Shown: positions 8,575 through 18,600, counted from the first letter of the stretch. The stretch: 64,000 nt of DNA from Oscillospiraceae bacterium (GCA_017408395.1 JAFQUQ010000026.1:41656-105655), one strand, 5' to 3'. A program made the numbers and translations. The notes: generated by a model from the sequence alone, not told the origin.

Positions 8575-10614
8575 TTACTTTTCTTCTGTCTTGAACTGGC
8601 TTTCGTGTCTTGTGAAGAAGTCCACTCTTGGTTCAAGGAACTTGAGCTGGTGGTCTGTTTCACCCTTGAGAGTTGTTTCAAAGGTATCGAAAATTGTATC
8701 CCAGGACCACAGGCTGTCGTCAAGCTGCATATACTCCTGAACCATTGCTGTTCCCACAGGAGCAATCGGATGAAGGAGAACTGCCGCAGTTTTAATCATA
8801 TGGAACACGTTTCTCATCCACTTGCGGCGGAGCTCGTTATCGTCTGCCTTGTCAGCGTCAGCCTTATTCTTAGCCATATACTTGCTTGCCTTTCTGATGA
8901 GGGAGTCAAGCACATATGTTACCTGATGGAATTCATATTTATACATAAAGCGCTCGTATTCAAGCACAGCCTTTTCACATTCCGCAAGAATTTCAGGCTC
9001 AACCTCGCCAATCGGCATCTTGCCGTCAAGGTACTTCTGAGCGTCGTAGAAGCAGGTACGGATAATTCTGTTGAATACGTTTGAAAGGAGGAAGCCTTCC
9101 TTTGTAACGGGATCGCTGTCCTCAGGCTTAGCAAGCGGATTAAGAGGCTTTGGCTGGAAGCTTACACTTCTCATACCAAGACCAAGGCTGAGGAAGTGCA
9201 TACGGAGCTGTTCTGCTGTATAATAATCAAGCAGCTCTGCTGCCATAGGCGGTTTTACATTGCCGCTGCTGGAAGCCTTCTTGTCAAGGAACAGGATGTG
9301 GTGGTTTGCAACGAGAGTGGACATCTGAACTTCACCCTCAGGAACATCTGCCGTAATGTTTTCCTTGCCCTGAAGAGCGCAGAACATTGCAGGCTGTGCG
9401 ATACCGTAGAAGTAAATATTGTCCTGACCGATAAACTGATATATCTTAGCGTCCTTTGAGCACCAGAAATCCTTCCACTTGCCCTTTTCAGCGCCGATTG
9501 ATTCAAGGTATGCAACGGTAAATGAGATAGGCGCCCAGAGTGATTCAGGCCATACCCATACTGTCAGAGGGTCTTCACCTTCAAGCACAGGTGCGGGAAC
9601 ACCCCATTCAATGTTGCCTGTAAGTCTGAAAGGTACGAGAGTCTTGCCTGTACGGAAACGGATGCCCTTTTCAGTAAGGAACGGACAAGCTGTATCTCTG
9701 TCATTAAGTGTTGCAAATTTAATTGTAAAGGAAGTCTTCTTAGGCTCTTCGATAAGCTCGTGAGCAGGCATTTTATCCTTGATTGAAAGATAATCCTCCA
9801 TATAGTCGTTCATAATGTAAATAACGGGAGGTTCAAGAAATTCACCGATAGTCTTTGTTACAACCTGACGCACGTTATCCTGCTGTTTAAGAATATCAAC
9901 AAATTCATTAAGGAGAGCGTACTGGTCGGTAAGCTTGAAATACCAGTTTGTAACGTCCTTCATAACAGGTGTTTCGCCCGTAAGAGTACTCTTGGGATTG
10001 ATAAGGTTGACAGGCATATACTGGTGACCCAGATCACATTCATCCGCATATCCCTTTTCTGACTGACAGCCCTGTACAGGACATTTGCCTACTACCTGAC
10101 GTCCGTTAAGGAATGTGCCTACCTTTTCATCGTAGAACTGTGCGGTTGCGATTTTTTCAAGATAGCCGTTCTCGTAAAGGCGGCGGATAACCTGCTCGGA
10201 AACCATATTGTGGATCTCAGCTGTTCTTCCCAGTCCCGAAGCACCGAAAAGGTTAAGGCTGATATTGTACTTTTCAAGAGTATCCTTCTGGCTTTCGTGG
10301 TTGGAGCGTACAAAATCCTGAATTGTGCCCTCATAGCCCTGTTCCTCGTGAAGCTTACGGTAGCTTTCGGCAATAGGAGAACCGTAGCAGTCGGTACCTG
10401 AAACAAAGATTACATTATCATTGCCGATACGGTCACGGAGAAAACGCGCGTAAACGTCGGCAAAAACAAACACGCCGCCTACATGGCCGAAATGAAGCTG
10501 CTTGTTACCGTAAGGCATACCGCCTGTAATAACGGCACGCTTAGGGAATTCGGGACGGTTGTCTCTCGAAATTTTCTTCTTGTAGAATTCAGGGTTGCCC
10601 TTCTTGTTTTCCAA
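8575..10614 (-). CDS. metG: Methionine--tRNA ligase-like class I aminoacyl-tRNA synthetase with an atypical KMSKS loop
   Basis: It has a HIGH-type motif (LHFGHVGG) and a MetRS-style zinc knuckle (CPVQGCQSEKGYADECDLGHQY). DKKASSSGN occupies the KMSKS position. It has an apparent TTG start 9 nt after GGAGG. Confidence 0.8.
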   Translation of the reverse strand: MENKKGNPEFYKKKISRDNRPEFPKRAVITGGMPYGNKQLHFGHVGGVFVFADVYARFLRDRIGNDNVIFVSGTDCYGSPIAESYRKLHEEQGYEGTIQDFVRSNHESQKDTLEKYNISLNLFGASGLGRTAEIHNMVSEQVIRRLYENGYLEKIATAQFYDEKVGTFLNGRQVVGKCPVQGCQSEKGYADECDLGHQYMPVNLINPKSTLTGETPVMKDVTNWYFKLTDQYALLNEFVDILKQQDNVRQVVTKTIGEFLEPPVIYIMNDYMEDYLSIKDKMPAHELIEEPKKTSFTIKFATLNDRDTACPFLTEKGIRFRTGKTLVPFRLTGNIEWGVPAPVLEGEDPLTVWVWPESLWAPISFTVAYLESIGAEKGKWKDFWCSKDAKIYQFIGQDNIYFYGIAQPAMFCALQGKENITADVPEGEVQMSTLVANHHILFLDKKASSSGNVKPPMAAELLDYYTAEQLRMHFLSLGLGMRSVSFQPKPLNPLAKPEDSDPVTKEGFLLSNVFNRIIRTCFYDAQKYLDGKMPIGEVEPEILAECEKAVLEYERFMYKYEFHQVTYVLDSLIRKASKYMAKNKADADKADDNELRRKWMRNVFHMIKTAAVLLHPIAPVGTAMVQEYMQLDDSLWSWDTIFDTFETTLKGETDHQLKFLEPRVDFFTRHESQFKTEEK

Positions 10615-10720
10615 AACAAAAACCTCCGATATTTTAAAATAAATAATTCAAATTAAACAAGCGAACAAGGGCAGTCGTGGTTAAACCGCCTCTGTCCGCC
10701 CGTACAGTTTATAAATAAAC

Positions 10721-11695
10721 TCAGCTGATAGTGAGTACAGCCATATCGCCGTTGTTTGCCTGTCCCGCATTCTTCATTGCAGCTACTACCTTCCATGTGA
10801 TTGCCTTGCCGGACTGTCTGAGAGCACCGTCAAAGGAAGAGATGAGCTTGATGAATTCTTCCTCGTCAGCAGGCTTGTAGCAGGTGATGAGGATCTTGAC
10901 AGCATTGTAAAGTGCACAGAAGAACACATAGTTTTCCCAGAGATTGATACGGTTGCTTTCTGCGTAAGGAATGGAATATGCCCATACGTAGTTTACCATA
11001 ATATTCTCTACCCATGTAGAATGTTCTGCCATAAACTTTTCTGAGAAATCCCTTCTCATTTCAAGATATTTCTTCATATCTGTCATACCGAGAGTTTCAG
11101 GACCGCTTACGCCGAGGTTCTTGTAAATTCTCTTTACAACACCCTTGTACTCAGTGGAAGTCTTTGCAACGGACTTGATAAGTGAGATACCGTCTGCAAG
11201 TGCGTAGCCGAAGTTTGGTGATACGCCCTTGAAGTATTCAAGGATCTTTTCATAATCATCAAGCTTTGTAAACTCAGCAACAAACTGAGGAATAAGGTTA
11301 GGCTGATGATTATCTATCATTGACTGGATTGTCTTGATACCGTAGTTAAGGAGAAGCATACGCTTTTCAAAGGAAACATTCTTATTCTGGAGAATGCTCA
11401 TCATAAGTGTACGGAGCTGCCAGTAATATACGGCATTGGGATTGCTTGAAATAAAATTCTGGCTCTGTGCAATAAATGACTCGCTTTCCTTTTCGGGAAT
11501 TTTTGTCATATGGTATTCGATAGGACCTTCAACTGCCATAAGTCTTCTTACAACAGCAGGATTGCTCAGGTGAGCAACATATTCAACCGCAGAGGGTGAA
11601 ACAACAATGTCAACATAGTCTGCATATTCGCTTGCAGGCTTTGTAAGATCTACTACATCAAGAAAAAATTTGGGTGTCATAATTGGAAAATTCAT
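10721..11695 (-). CDS. Hypothetical soluble, probably all-alpha protein (324 aa); no family recognised
   Basis: It is a clean ORF with codon usage like its neighbours. AAAGGTGAT lies 7 nt before the ATG at 11695. It has its own near-consensus promoter and an upstream bidirectional terminator. I could not recognise any catalytic or binding motif. Confidence 0.75.
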   Translation of the reverse strand: MNFPIMTPKFFLDVVDLTKPASEYADYVDIVVSPSAVEYVAHLSNPAVVRRLMAVEGPIEYHMTKIPEKESESFIAQSQNFISSNPNAVYYWQLRTLMMSILQNKNVSFEKRMLLLNYGIKTIQSMIDNHQPNLIPQFVAEFTKLDDYEKILEYFKGVSPNFGYALADGISLIKSVAKTSTEYKGVVKRIYKNLGVSGPETLGMTDMKKYLEMRRDFSEKFMAEHSTWVENIMVNYVWAYSIPYAESNRINLWENYVFFCALYNAVKILITCYKPADEEEFIKLISSFDGALRQSGKAITWKVVAAMKNAGQANNGDMAVLTIS

Positions 11696-11785
11696 AATTA
11701 AATCACCTTTCTTTATTAAGGCCAAAAGCCTTTAGTCCCGTAAAGCTTACGCCTCGGGTACATAATTTCTCACAATAACAGATTA

Positions 11786-11814
11786 ATTATATCACATTAT
11801 GTCTTAAATTGCAA
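11786..11814 (-). promoter_or_regulatory. Near-consensus sigma-A promoter for the orphan 324-aa gene
   Basis: On the minus strand: TTGCAA, 17 nt, TATAAT, with extended -10 TGaTATAAT. The predicted leader is about 85-90 nt and contains two small hairpins. Confidence 0.65.
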
Positions 11815-11832
11815 GGATTATTTTTATTTTTA

Positions 11833-11884
11833 CAAAAAATACAGCGGCACAGCAAAATCAGGCTGTACCGCTGATAATTTTTTT
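11833..11884. terminator. Bidirectional intrinsic terminator (ends the pyr-thiI transcript; also has a T7 run on the + strand)
   Basis: CAGCGGCACAGC-aaaatca-GGCTGTACCGCTG has A6 upstream and T7 downstream. Confidence 0.7.
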
Positions 11885-11886
11885 AA

Positions 11887-12058
11887 GGTAATACCACACA
11901 GAGCTTGTGCGAAAGATGCGAAGTCAGATTTTTTGTCAGATGGCATAGAAATTTCGCAGGCATACTGTCGTATGTCAAAAAATTTCTGTGTAAGATGACG
12001 GGAAATATGCAAGCAGATTTCGTGCAAAGCTGTCATGTGGGCTTTGTGCGGTGTTGCC
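11887..12058 (+). other. 172-nt rod-like nested inverted repeat (candidate structured RNA, or a MITE-like relic) flanked by TTAA
   Basis: The helices are 11887-11904/12041-12058, 11905-11914/12018-12028, 11929-11938/11996-12005, 11944-11954/11980-11990 and 11959-11965/11970-11976. The G:T pairs favour the + strand. Confidence 0.4.
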
Positions 12059-13252
12059 TTAACCGCAGATGTCGGAATATCTGATTATTTTGAGCTCGGT
12101 ATTTTCTACCGCCCACGCAATAAGCGGCTCGAAATCAAAACCGTTCTGTGCAGCTTCGACCTCAGCAAGGACAGGTCTTGTCTTAGGGTGCTTCGGTGTG
12201 AATACCGTACAGCAGTCCTCGTAAGGCTCGATTGAAATGTCAAAGGTATCTATCTTTCTTGCAATTTCAATGATCTCCGTTTTATCCATACCGATAACGG
12301 GACGGAAAACAGGCATTCTGCAGGCAGCGTCCGTACATACGATAGCTCCCATAGTCTGGCTTGCAACCTGACCTACGCTTTCACCTGTGATAAGAGCCTG
12401 CATACCCTCTCTTTCAGCAATACGCTGTGCAATTTCCATCATAAGACGGCGCATTATTATTGTAAAAAGTTCCTCAGGGCAGTTGTCACGAAGCTTTTCC
12501 TGCAGCTCTGTGAACGGTACACAGTAAAACGCCATATCTCCGCACCAGGGGGTAAGCTTTTCACAAAGACGCTCTACCTTCTGACGTGCACGGTCAGATG
12601 TGTAAGGAGGTGAAACATAATGAATAGCGGAAAGCTTTAGTCCTCGCTTTGCCATCATATATGCCGCAACAGGGCTGTCGATACCGCCCGAAAGCAGCAG
12701 CATAGCCTGTCCGGAAGTTCCTACGGGGATACCGCCTGCACCCTTTTTATTGCCCGAATGTACATAAGCGGAGTCCTGACGGACTTCAACCGTAACCGTA
12801 ATATCAGGGTTCTTTACATCAACTGTAAGGTGCGGATAGGCTTCAAGTATCTTTCCGCCCAGCTCAGCACATATCTCAGGTGATTTCATAGGGAAATGCT
12901 TATCCGCACGCTTTGCGTTCACCTTGAATGTTCTTGCAAGAGAAAGCTCCTCGCCGATATAGGAAAGGGTCTGCTCGCATATTGTTTCAAAATCCTTTTT
13001 TACCACGGCAGCACGGCAGTATGCGGCAATACCGAAAATTTTGGACACGTAATCCTCAACTGCGTCAAGGTCGATGTCATCGTCAAGAGGACGTATTACA
13101 ACCGTGGACTGTGAACGCTCAAAGGAAAACTTTCCGAAGGGCTTTAAACGGCGGCGTATATTTTTGATCATAGCATCCTCAAAGGTTCTTCTGTTAAGAC
13201 CCTTGAGGGCAATTTCGCCTTCTTTAAGAAGAATTATTTCTTTCATAAACAA
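12059..13252 (-). CDS. thiI: tRNA 4-thiouridine(8) synthase ThiI (THUMP plus PP-loop)
   Basis: It has the SGGIDSPVA PP-loop and an N-terminal ferredoxin-like/THUMP layout. It follows pyrD by 15 nt. Confidence 0.92.
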   Translation of the reverse strand: MFMKEIILLKEGEIALKGLNRRTFEDAMIKNIRRRLKPFGKFSFERSQSTVVIRPLDDDIDLDAVEDYVSKIFGIAAYCRAAVVKKDFETICEQTLSYIGEELSLARTFKVNAKRADKHFPMKSPEICAELGGKILEAYPHLTVDVKNPDITVTVEVRQDSAYVHSGNKKGAGGIPVGTSGQAMLLLSGGIDSPVAAYMMAKRGLKLSAIHYVSPPYTSDRARQKVERLCEKLTPWCGDMAFYCVPFTELQEKLRDNCPEELFTIIMRRLMMEIAQRIAEREGMQALITGESVGQVASQTMGAIVCTDAACRMPVFRPVIGMDKTEIIEIARKIDTFDISIEPYEDCCTVFTPKHPKTRPVLAEVEAAQNGFDFEPLIAWAVENTELKIIRYSDICG

Positions 13253-13267
13253 CAGCTGTCCTTTCTT

Positions 13268-14179
13268 TTACCAGGGCTTTACAGCGCCTACGATGTCCTG
13301 GAGATTGTCAAGGTGATTTTCCTCAACGTATCTGTTGAGTCCCTCGATTATCTCAACGGGAGCCATTGGATTCTGGAATAAAGCAGCGCCTATCTGTACT
13401 GTTGAAGCACCTGCCATCATCATTTCAACAACGTCCTCCCACGTGGAAATACCACCCATTCCGCATACGGGAATGTTTACGGCATTTGCAACCTGCCATA
13501 CCATTCTTACGGCAACAGGGAAAATTGCAGGACCTGAAAGACCGCCTACGTTATTATGAAGGATAGGACGGCGTGATTTTATATCAATACGCATACCAAG
13601 GAGGGTGTTTATAAGTGAAACAGCGTCAGCACCCTCTGCTTCAACTGCCTTTGCAATTTCAGCAATGTTTGTTACGTTAGGTGAAAGCTTTATCATAATA
13701 GGCTTCTTTGTAGCGGCTCTGACGATTTTTGTGATTGAAGCAGCACCCTCACAGCTTACGCCGAATGCAGCGCCGCCTGCCTTTACGTTAGGACAGGAAA
13801 TGTTTACTTCGATCATATCAACATCTGTTGCGTCAAGCTTTTCAGCAACCTCACGGTAGCCCTCTGCCGTGGAGCCTGCCATATTTGCAATGATGACCGT
13901 ATCCTTTGTTTTAAGGTAAGGGAGGTCGTTTGCGATAAAATGGTCGATACCCGGATTCTGAAGACCTACGCTGTTAAGCATACCTGCGGGGGTTTCAGCA
14001 ATTCTCGGAGGAAGATTGCCTGTACGGAGCTTTTCGGTAGTGCCCTTTACGGAGATACCGCCGAGAGTTGAAAGAGGATAGAATTCCTCGTATTCTCTGC
14101 CGTAGCCGAATGTACCCGATGCCGGGATAAGCGGATTTTTAAAGTCTACACCTGCAAAATTCACAGCTAACTTATTCAT
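13268..14179 (-). CDS. pyrD: Dihydroorotate dehydrogenase B, catalytic subunit (class 1B)
   Basis: It has NASGTFGYG-like N-terminal, ISCPNV and GGISTWED motifs. It overlaps pyrK by 8 nt. Confidence 0.95.
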   Translation of the reverse strand: MNKLAVNFAGVDFKNPLIPASGTFGYGREYEEFYPLSTLGGISVKGTTEKLRTGNLPPRIAETPAGMLNSVGLQNPGIDHFIANDLPYLKTKDTVIIANMAGSTAEGYREVAEKLDATDVDMIEVNISCPNVKAGGAAFGVSCEGAASITKIVRAATKKPIMIKLSPNVTNIAEIAKAVEAEGADAVSLINTLLGMRIDIKSRRPILHNNVGGLSGPAIFPVAVRMVWQVANAVNIPVCGMGGISTWEDVVEMMMAGASTVQIGAALFQNPMAPVEIIEGLNRYVEENHLDNLQDIVGAVKPW

Positions 14180-14948
14180 CGAAAATTACCTCCTCTGCAT
14201 TGAATACGGGACCGTCCTTGCAGACGTGAGAATAAAATTCCTCGCCGTCACGGATAGTTCTGCACGCACATACAAGGCACGCACCTATGCCGCAGCCCAT
14301 TCTTTCTTCAAGGGACACCTGACACTTTATTCCGTTTTCCTTTGCTATCTCAACTATTCTGCGGAGCATTACATTAGGACCGCATGCATAAATAACATCA
14401 GGCTTCTTTGCTTCAATAACTTCCTTTAAGGCGTCTGTAACAAAGCCCTTTCTGCCTGCTGAGCCGTCGTCTGTGCAGAGAATTGTTTCAGCGCCTGTTG
14501 AAGCAAAATCCTGCTGTAAAATTACAGCGGAAGCATTTCTGAAACCGCTGATTACAGTACCGTTTTTGCCGAAATGCTCAGCGATAGGAAGCATAGGAGG
14601 GTTGCCGATACCGCCGCCTACGATAACAGCCTTCTTGCCTGCGTCAAGGTCAAAGCCTCTGCCGCCGAGAGGTGCAACGATGTCAATAAGACCGCCCTCA
14701 GGGATCTGTGAAAGCTCCTTTGTACCGTTTCCTCTTACCTCGAAAATGATGCGGAGAGTACCCTTGTTCTTGTCAATACCTGCAATTGAAATAGGTCTGC
14801 GGAGCATAAAGCCCTCAGCCTTTATGTTAATAAACTGTCCTGCCTGTGCGATTGCCGCAACATCGGGACATAAAATCGTCATATCGTAAATTTCCTTAGC
14901 TATCGCTGTCTTGGAAATTACGGCATATTTTCCCTGTGTGTATTTCAT
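14172..14948 (-). CDS. pyrK: Dihydroorotate dehydrogenase B, electron-transfer (FAD, 2Fe-2S) subunit
   Basis: RPISIA FAD-binding motif and a C-terminal cluster, CGIGACLVCAC...C. Confidence 0.93.
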   Translation of the reverse strand: MKYTQGKYAVISKTAIAKEIYDMTILCPDVAAIAQAGQFINIKAEGFMLRRPISIAGIDKNKGTLRIIFEVRGNGTKELSQIPEGGLIDIVAPLGGRGFDLDAGKKAVIVGGGIGNPPMLPIAEHFGKNGTVISGFRNASAVILQQDFASTGAETILCTDDGSAGRKGFVTDALKEVIEAKKPDVIYACGPNVMLRRIVEIAKENGIKCQVSLEERMGCGIGACLVCACRTIRDGEEFYSHVCKDGPVFNAEEVIFDE

Positions 14949-14961
14949 TTCAGTTATCCTT

Positions 14962-15525
14962 TCAAATGGTTACATTCGGAAATCCGTTTATTAAGTAGCC
15001 CGTATAATAAAGCACGAAAACCGCACCCGTACACCCTATTCCCAGCACAACCGCCATAACCAGCAGCATATTTGCTCTTTCCTTGAAAATACGGTTTATT
15101 ATACGGTAAATCTTGTACCCTAAAAATGCGCCGAGGGTGTTTAAGATAAGGTCGTCAATATCGGTAAAGCCCATTCCGAAGGCAAACTGTGCCGCCTCGA
15201 TAAATAAACTTAAAAGCATACCGTAAATGGTGGTTTCACCCTCAAATTTAGTCACCAGCGGAAACATCAATCCGAACGGCATAAACAGCAGCACGTTTCC
15301 CGCTAAATTTTCAACCACCCTCACAGGCGACATATTCTTTATAATATCTATCGCCGCTTTAAAGGGTATCATACTTATCTGACGTTCTTTAAGAAAAAAT
15401 GCTCTGCCCAGATCATCCAGCGGTGCATATTTAAACAGTGTAAATCTTATCAGTGCGAAAAAATACACCGCAAACATAAGCTGTATAAACACCCTGCACA
15501 TTCTTTCCTTTTTCAGTTCTGTCAT
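14962..15525 (-). CDS. VanZ-like membrane protein embedded in the pyr operon
   Basis: The NVLLFMPFGLMFP and EAAQFAFGMGFTDIDDLILNTLGAFLGY motifs are typical of the VanZ family. Confidence 0.8.
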   Translation of the reverse strand: MTELKKERMCRVFIQLMFAVYFFALIRFTLFKYAPLDDLGRAFFLKERQISMIPFKAAIDIIKNMSPVRVVENLAGNVLLFMPFGLMFPLVTKFEGETTIYGMLLSLFIEAAQFAFGMGFTDIDDLILNTLGAFLGYKIYRIINRIFKERANMLLVMAVVLGIGCTGAVFVLYYTGYLINGFPNVTI

Positions 15526-15604
15526 AAAACACCTCTGGTATTAAAAGCAACGGGACGCAATAGTTTTTATTATCACGTCCCGAGGTTGTTTAAGAGTTTA
15601 ATGT

Positions 15605-18600
15605 TTATATTTTTGTAACGTCGATCATATCAATATCGTCGATGTCCTTGCCCATTGCAAGAATATCGGCAACAGCGTTTGCTGTGTCGATTGCTGTAAG
15701 GCAGCAGATTGAACGTTCAACTGTCTTACGGCGGATCTTTACGCTGTCAAGAGCAGGGAGTCTGCCCTTTGAGGATGTGGAGATAACGTAGTCGATCTTA
15801 CCCTCGTCAAGAAGAGTCATAACGTTTGGCTCTGCTTCGGATACACGGCGTACAACGTTTGCAGCGATCATATTCTTGTTTAAGATAGAAGCTGTACCGC
15901 TTGTAGCGTAGATTGTGAAGCCGAGACGCTCGAACTTTTCAGCAACATAGAGAATTTCCTGCTTGTCGGTATCTCTTACTGTGATAAGAACGCCGCCGCC
16001 CTTCTTTGTCTTAAGGTCGTAGCCTGCGCCGATGAGTCCCTTATAAACTGCGTCCTCGAATGTCTTTGCGATACCGAGGGTTTCGCCTGTGGACTTCATT
16101 TCAGGGCCAAGGGCAGTATCAACGTCGTGGAGCTTTGCAAAGCTGAATACAGGTACCTTTACAGCAATATAATCCGCTTCCTTGTAAAGACCGCTTTCGT
16201 AGCCCTGCTGTTTGAGTGTTTCACCGAACATTATCTTTGTTGCGATGTCAACCATAGGAACGCCTGTTACCTTTGAAATGTAAGGTACTGTTCTTGAAGA
16301 ACGTGGGTTTACTTCGATAACGTAAACTTCATTGTCGTAAACAACGTACTGGATGTTTACAAGACCGATAACCTTAAGCTCAAGAGCAAGACGCTTTGTA
16401 TATTCGATGATGGTTTCACGGATCTTCTTTGTAAGGGTCATTGCAGGGTAAACGGAAATTGAGTCGCCTGAGTGGATACCTGCACGCTCAACGTGTTCCA
16501 TAATACCCGGAATAAGATAGTCTGTACCGTCGCAGATTGCGTCAACTTCAACTTCCTTACCCATCATATATTTGTCGATGAGTACAGGATTTTCAAGTCC
16601 GCCTCTGGAGATGATCTCCATATATTCAACGATGTCCTGGTCGGAATGAGCAATGATCATATTCTGACCGCCGAGAACGTAGGAAGGACGCATAAGAACA
16701 GGATAGCCAAGCTCCTGTGCAGCCTTGAGAGCTTCTTCCTCGTTCATTACTGTGTGACCTGCAGGACGTGGAATTCCGCACTTATTAAGAAGCTCATCAA
16801 AACGCTCTCTGTCTTCTGCAGCGTCGATGCTGTCAGGAGATGTACCGAGGATGTTTGCACCCAGATCAGCAAGGTGTCTTGTAAGCTTGATAGCTGTCTG
16901 ACCGCCGAACTGAACAACTACGCCGTCAGGCTTTTCAGTTTCAAGGATGGATGCAACGTCTTCCTTTGTAAGCGGATCGAAGTAGAGTCTGTCGCCTGTG
17001 TCGAAGTCTGTGGAAACTGTTTCAGGGTTGTTGTTGCAGATAACTGCTTCATAGCCCATTTCCTTAAGCGCCCATACGCAGTGTACGGAGCAGTAGTCGA
17101 ATTCGATACCCTGACCGATTCTGATAGGACCTGAACCGAAAACGATGATCTTTTTCTTGCCTGTGTTCTTCTTTTCAAGGAATTCCTTGGCTTCGTTCTC
17201 TTCATCAAATGTTGAGTAGAAGTAAGGTGTTTCAGCCTTGAATTCGCCTGCACAGGTATCAACCATCTTAAACACAGCGCTCTTGTGCTTAGGACACTTC
17301 TTGCCGCTGATGCGTTCGATGGTGCTGTCGAGATAGCCGTATCTCTTTGCAATGTCGTACTTTTCTTCTGTAAGCTCACCGTCAGCAAGCCAAGCTTCAA
17401 GGTCAACAAGATTTTTAAGCTTGGAAATAAACCAGCAGTCGATCTTTGTGATGTCGTTGATTTCTTCAACGGAAATGCCTCTCTTTAAAGCTTCAAACAC
17501 AACGAATGCACGTTCATCGTCTACGTTGTAAAGACGGCTTCTGATTTCTTCATCAGGGAGGTCCTTGAGCTTCTTGAGGTTCATTGTGTCAAGGCCAAGT
17601 TCAATTGAACGTACAGCCTTCATGATAGCGTGTTCAAAGGAAGTACCGATGGACATTACTTCACCTGTTGCCATCATCTGTGTACCGAGAGTTCTCTTTG
17701 CGTAAACAAATTTATCGAATGCCCACTTAGGGAATTTTACTACAAGATAGTCAACGGAAGGCTCGAAGCAAGCGTATGTGTTGCCTGTTACAGCATTTAC
17801 GATTTCGTCGAGAGTGTAGCCGATAGCGATCTTTGAAGCAACCTTTGCGATAGGATAACCCGTAGCCTTTGAAGCAAGGGCAGATGAACGGGAAACTCGT
17901 GGGTTTACTTCGATTACAGCATATTCAAAGGACTTAGGATTGAGCGCAAACTGACAGTTACAGCCGCCCTCTACCTTAAGCTCGTTAACGATGTTGAGTG
18001 CAGCATTTCTCAGCATGGAGTATTCCTTGTCGGTAAGTGTTACAGCAGGAGCAACTACGATACTGTCGCCTGTGTGAACGCCGACAGGGTCAAAGTTTTC
18101 CATTGAGCATACTGTGATAGCGTTGCCCTTTCTGTCGCGGATAACTTCAAATTCAATTTCCTTCCATCCGCTTATGCACTTTTCAATAAGAACCTGTGTG
18201 ATAGGTGAAAGACGGAGACCGTTTGTTGCAATATCACGGAGCTCAGCTTCATCATAAGCAATACCGCCGCCTGTGCCGCCGAGAGTAAATGCAGGACGAA
18301 CGATTACAGGATAGCCGATCTCATTGTTTGCAAAATCAACAGCGTCTTCAAGTGTTTCAACAACCTTTGAAGGAATACAAGGCTCGCCGATCTTTTCCAT
18401 AGCGTCCTTGAAGGACTGTCTGTCTTCAGCCTTGTCGATGGTTTCAGGGTCAGCACCGAGAAGCTTAACGCCGTGCTTGTCAAGGAAGCCTTCCTTTGCA
18501 AGCTGCATTGAAAGTGTAAGACCTGTCTGACCGCCGAGAGTTGAAAGAACGCTGTCAGGCTTTTCAATTTCGATGATCTTCTTTACAACATCAAGGGTAA

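Noticed and set aside
8517-8765. An N-terminal extension of the HD-domain ORF (ORF-track version 7866-8765, 299 aa).
   Set aside because: The extension overlaps the 3' end of metG. It is Ser/Gln-rich and lacks an SD, whereas AAGGAG precedes the internal ATG at 8516 that begins the recognisable HD protein. Similar upstream extensions were trimmed for prfB, hom, pflA, pyrR, pyrF and the methyltransferase.
10615-10720. A possible T-box leader upstream of metG, and likewise upstream of the ACT-hom operon at 28185-28300.
   Set aside because: The untranslated regions are only about 100 nt. I found no T-box sequence (AAnnnGGGTGGTACCGCG-like) and no terminator/antiterminator pair.
11830-12235. Small ORFs 11830-12036 (-, 68 aa) and 12035-12235 (+, 66 aa), plus a 29-codon Cys-rich + strand ORF starting at 11994, considered as possible toxin or small-peptide genes within the inverted-repeat element.
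   Set aside because: None has an SD. The 68-aa ORF runs straight through the terminator hairpin, and the 66-aa ORF is antisense to the thiI 3' end. The nucleic-acid structure explains the region better.
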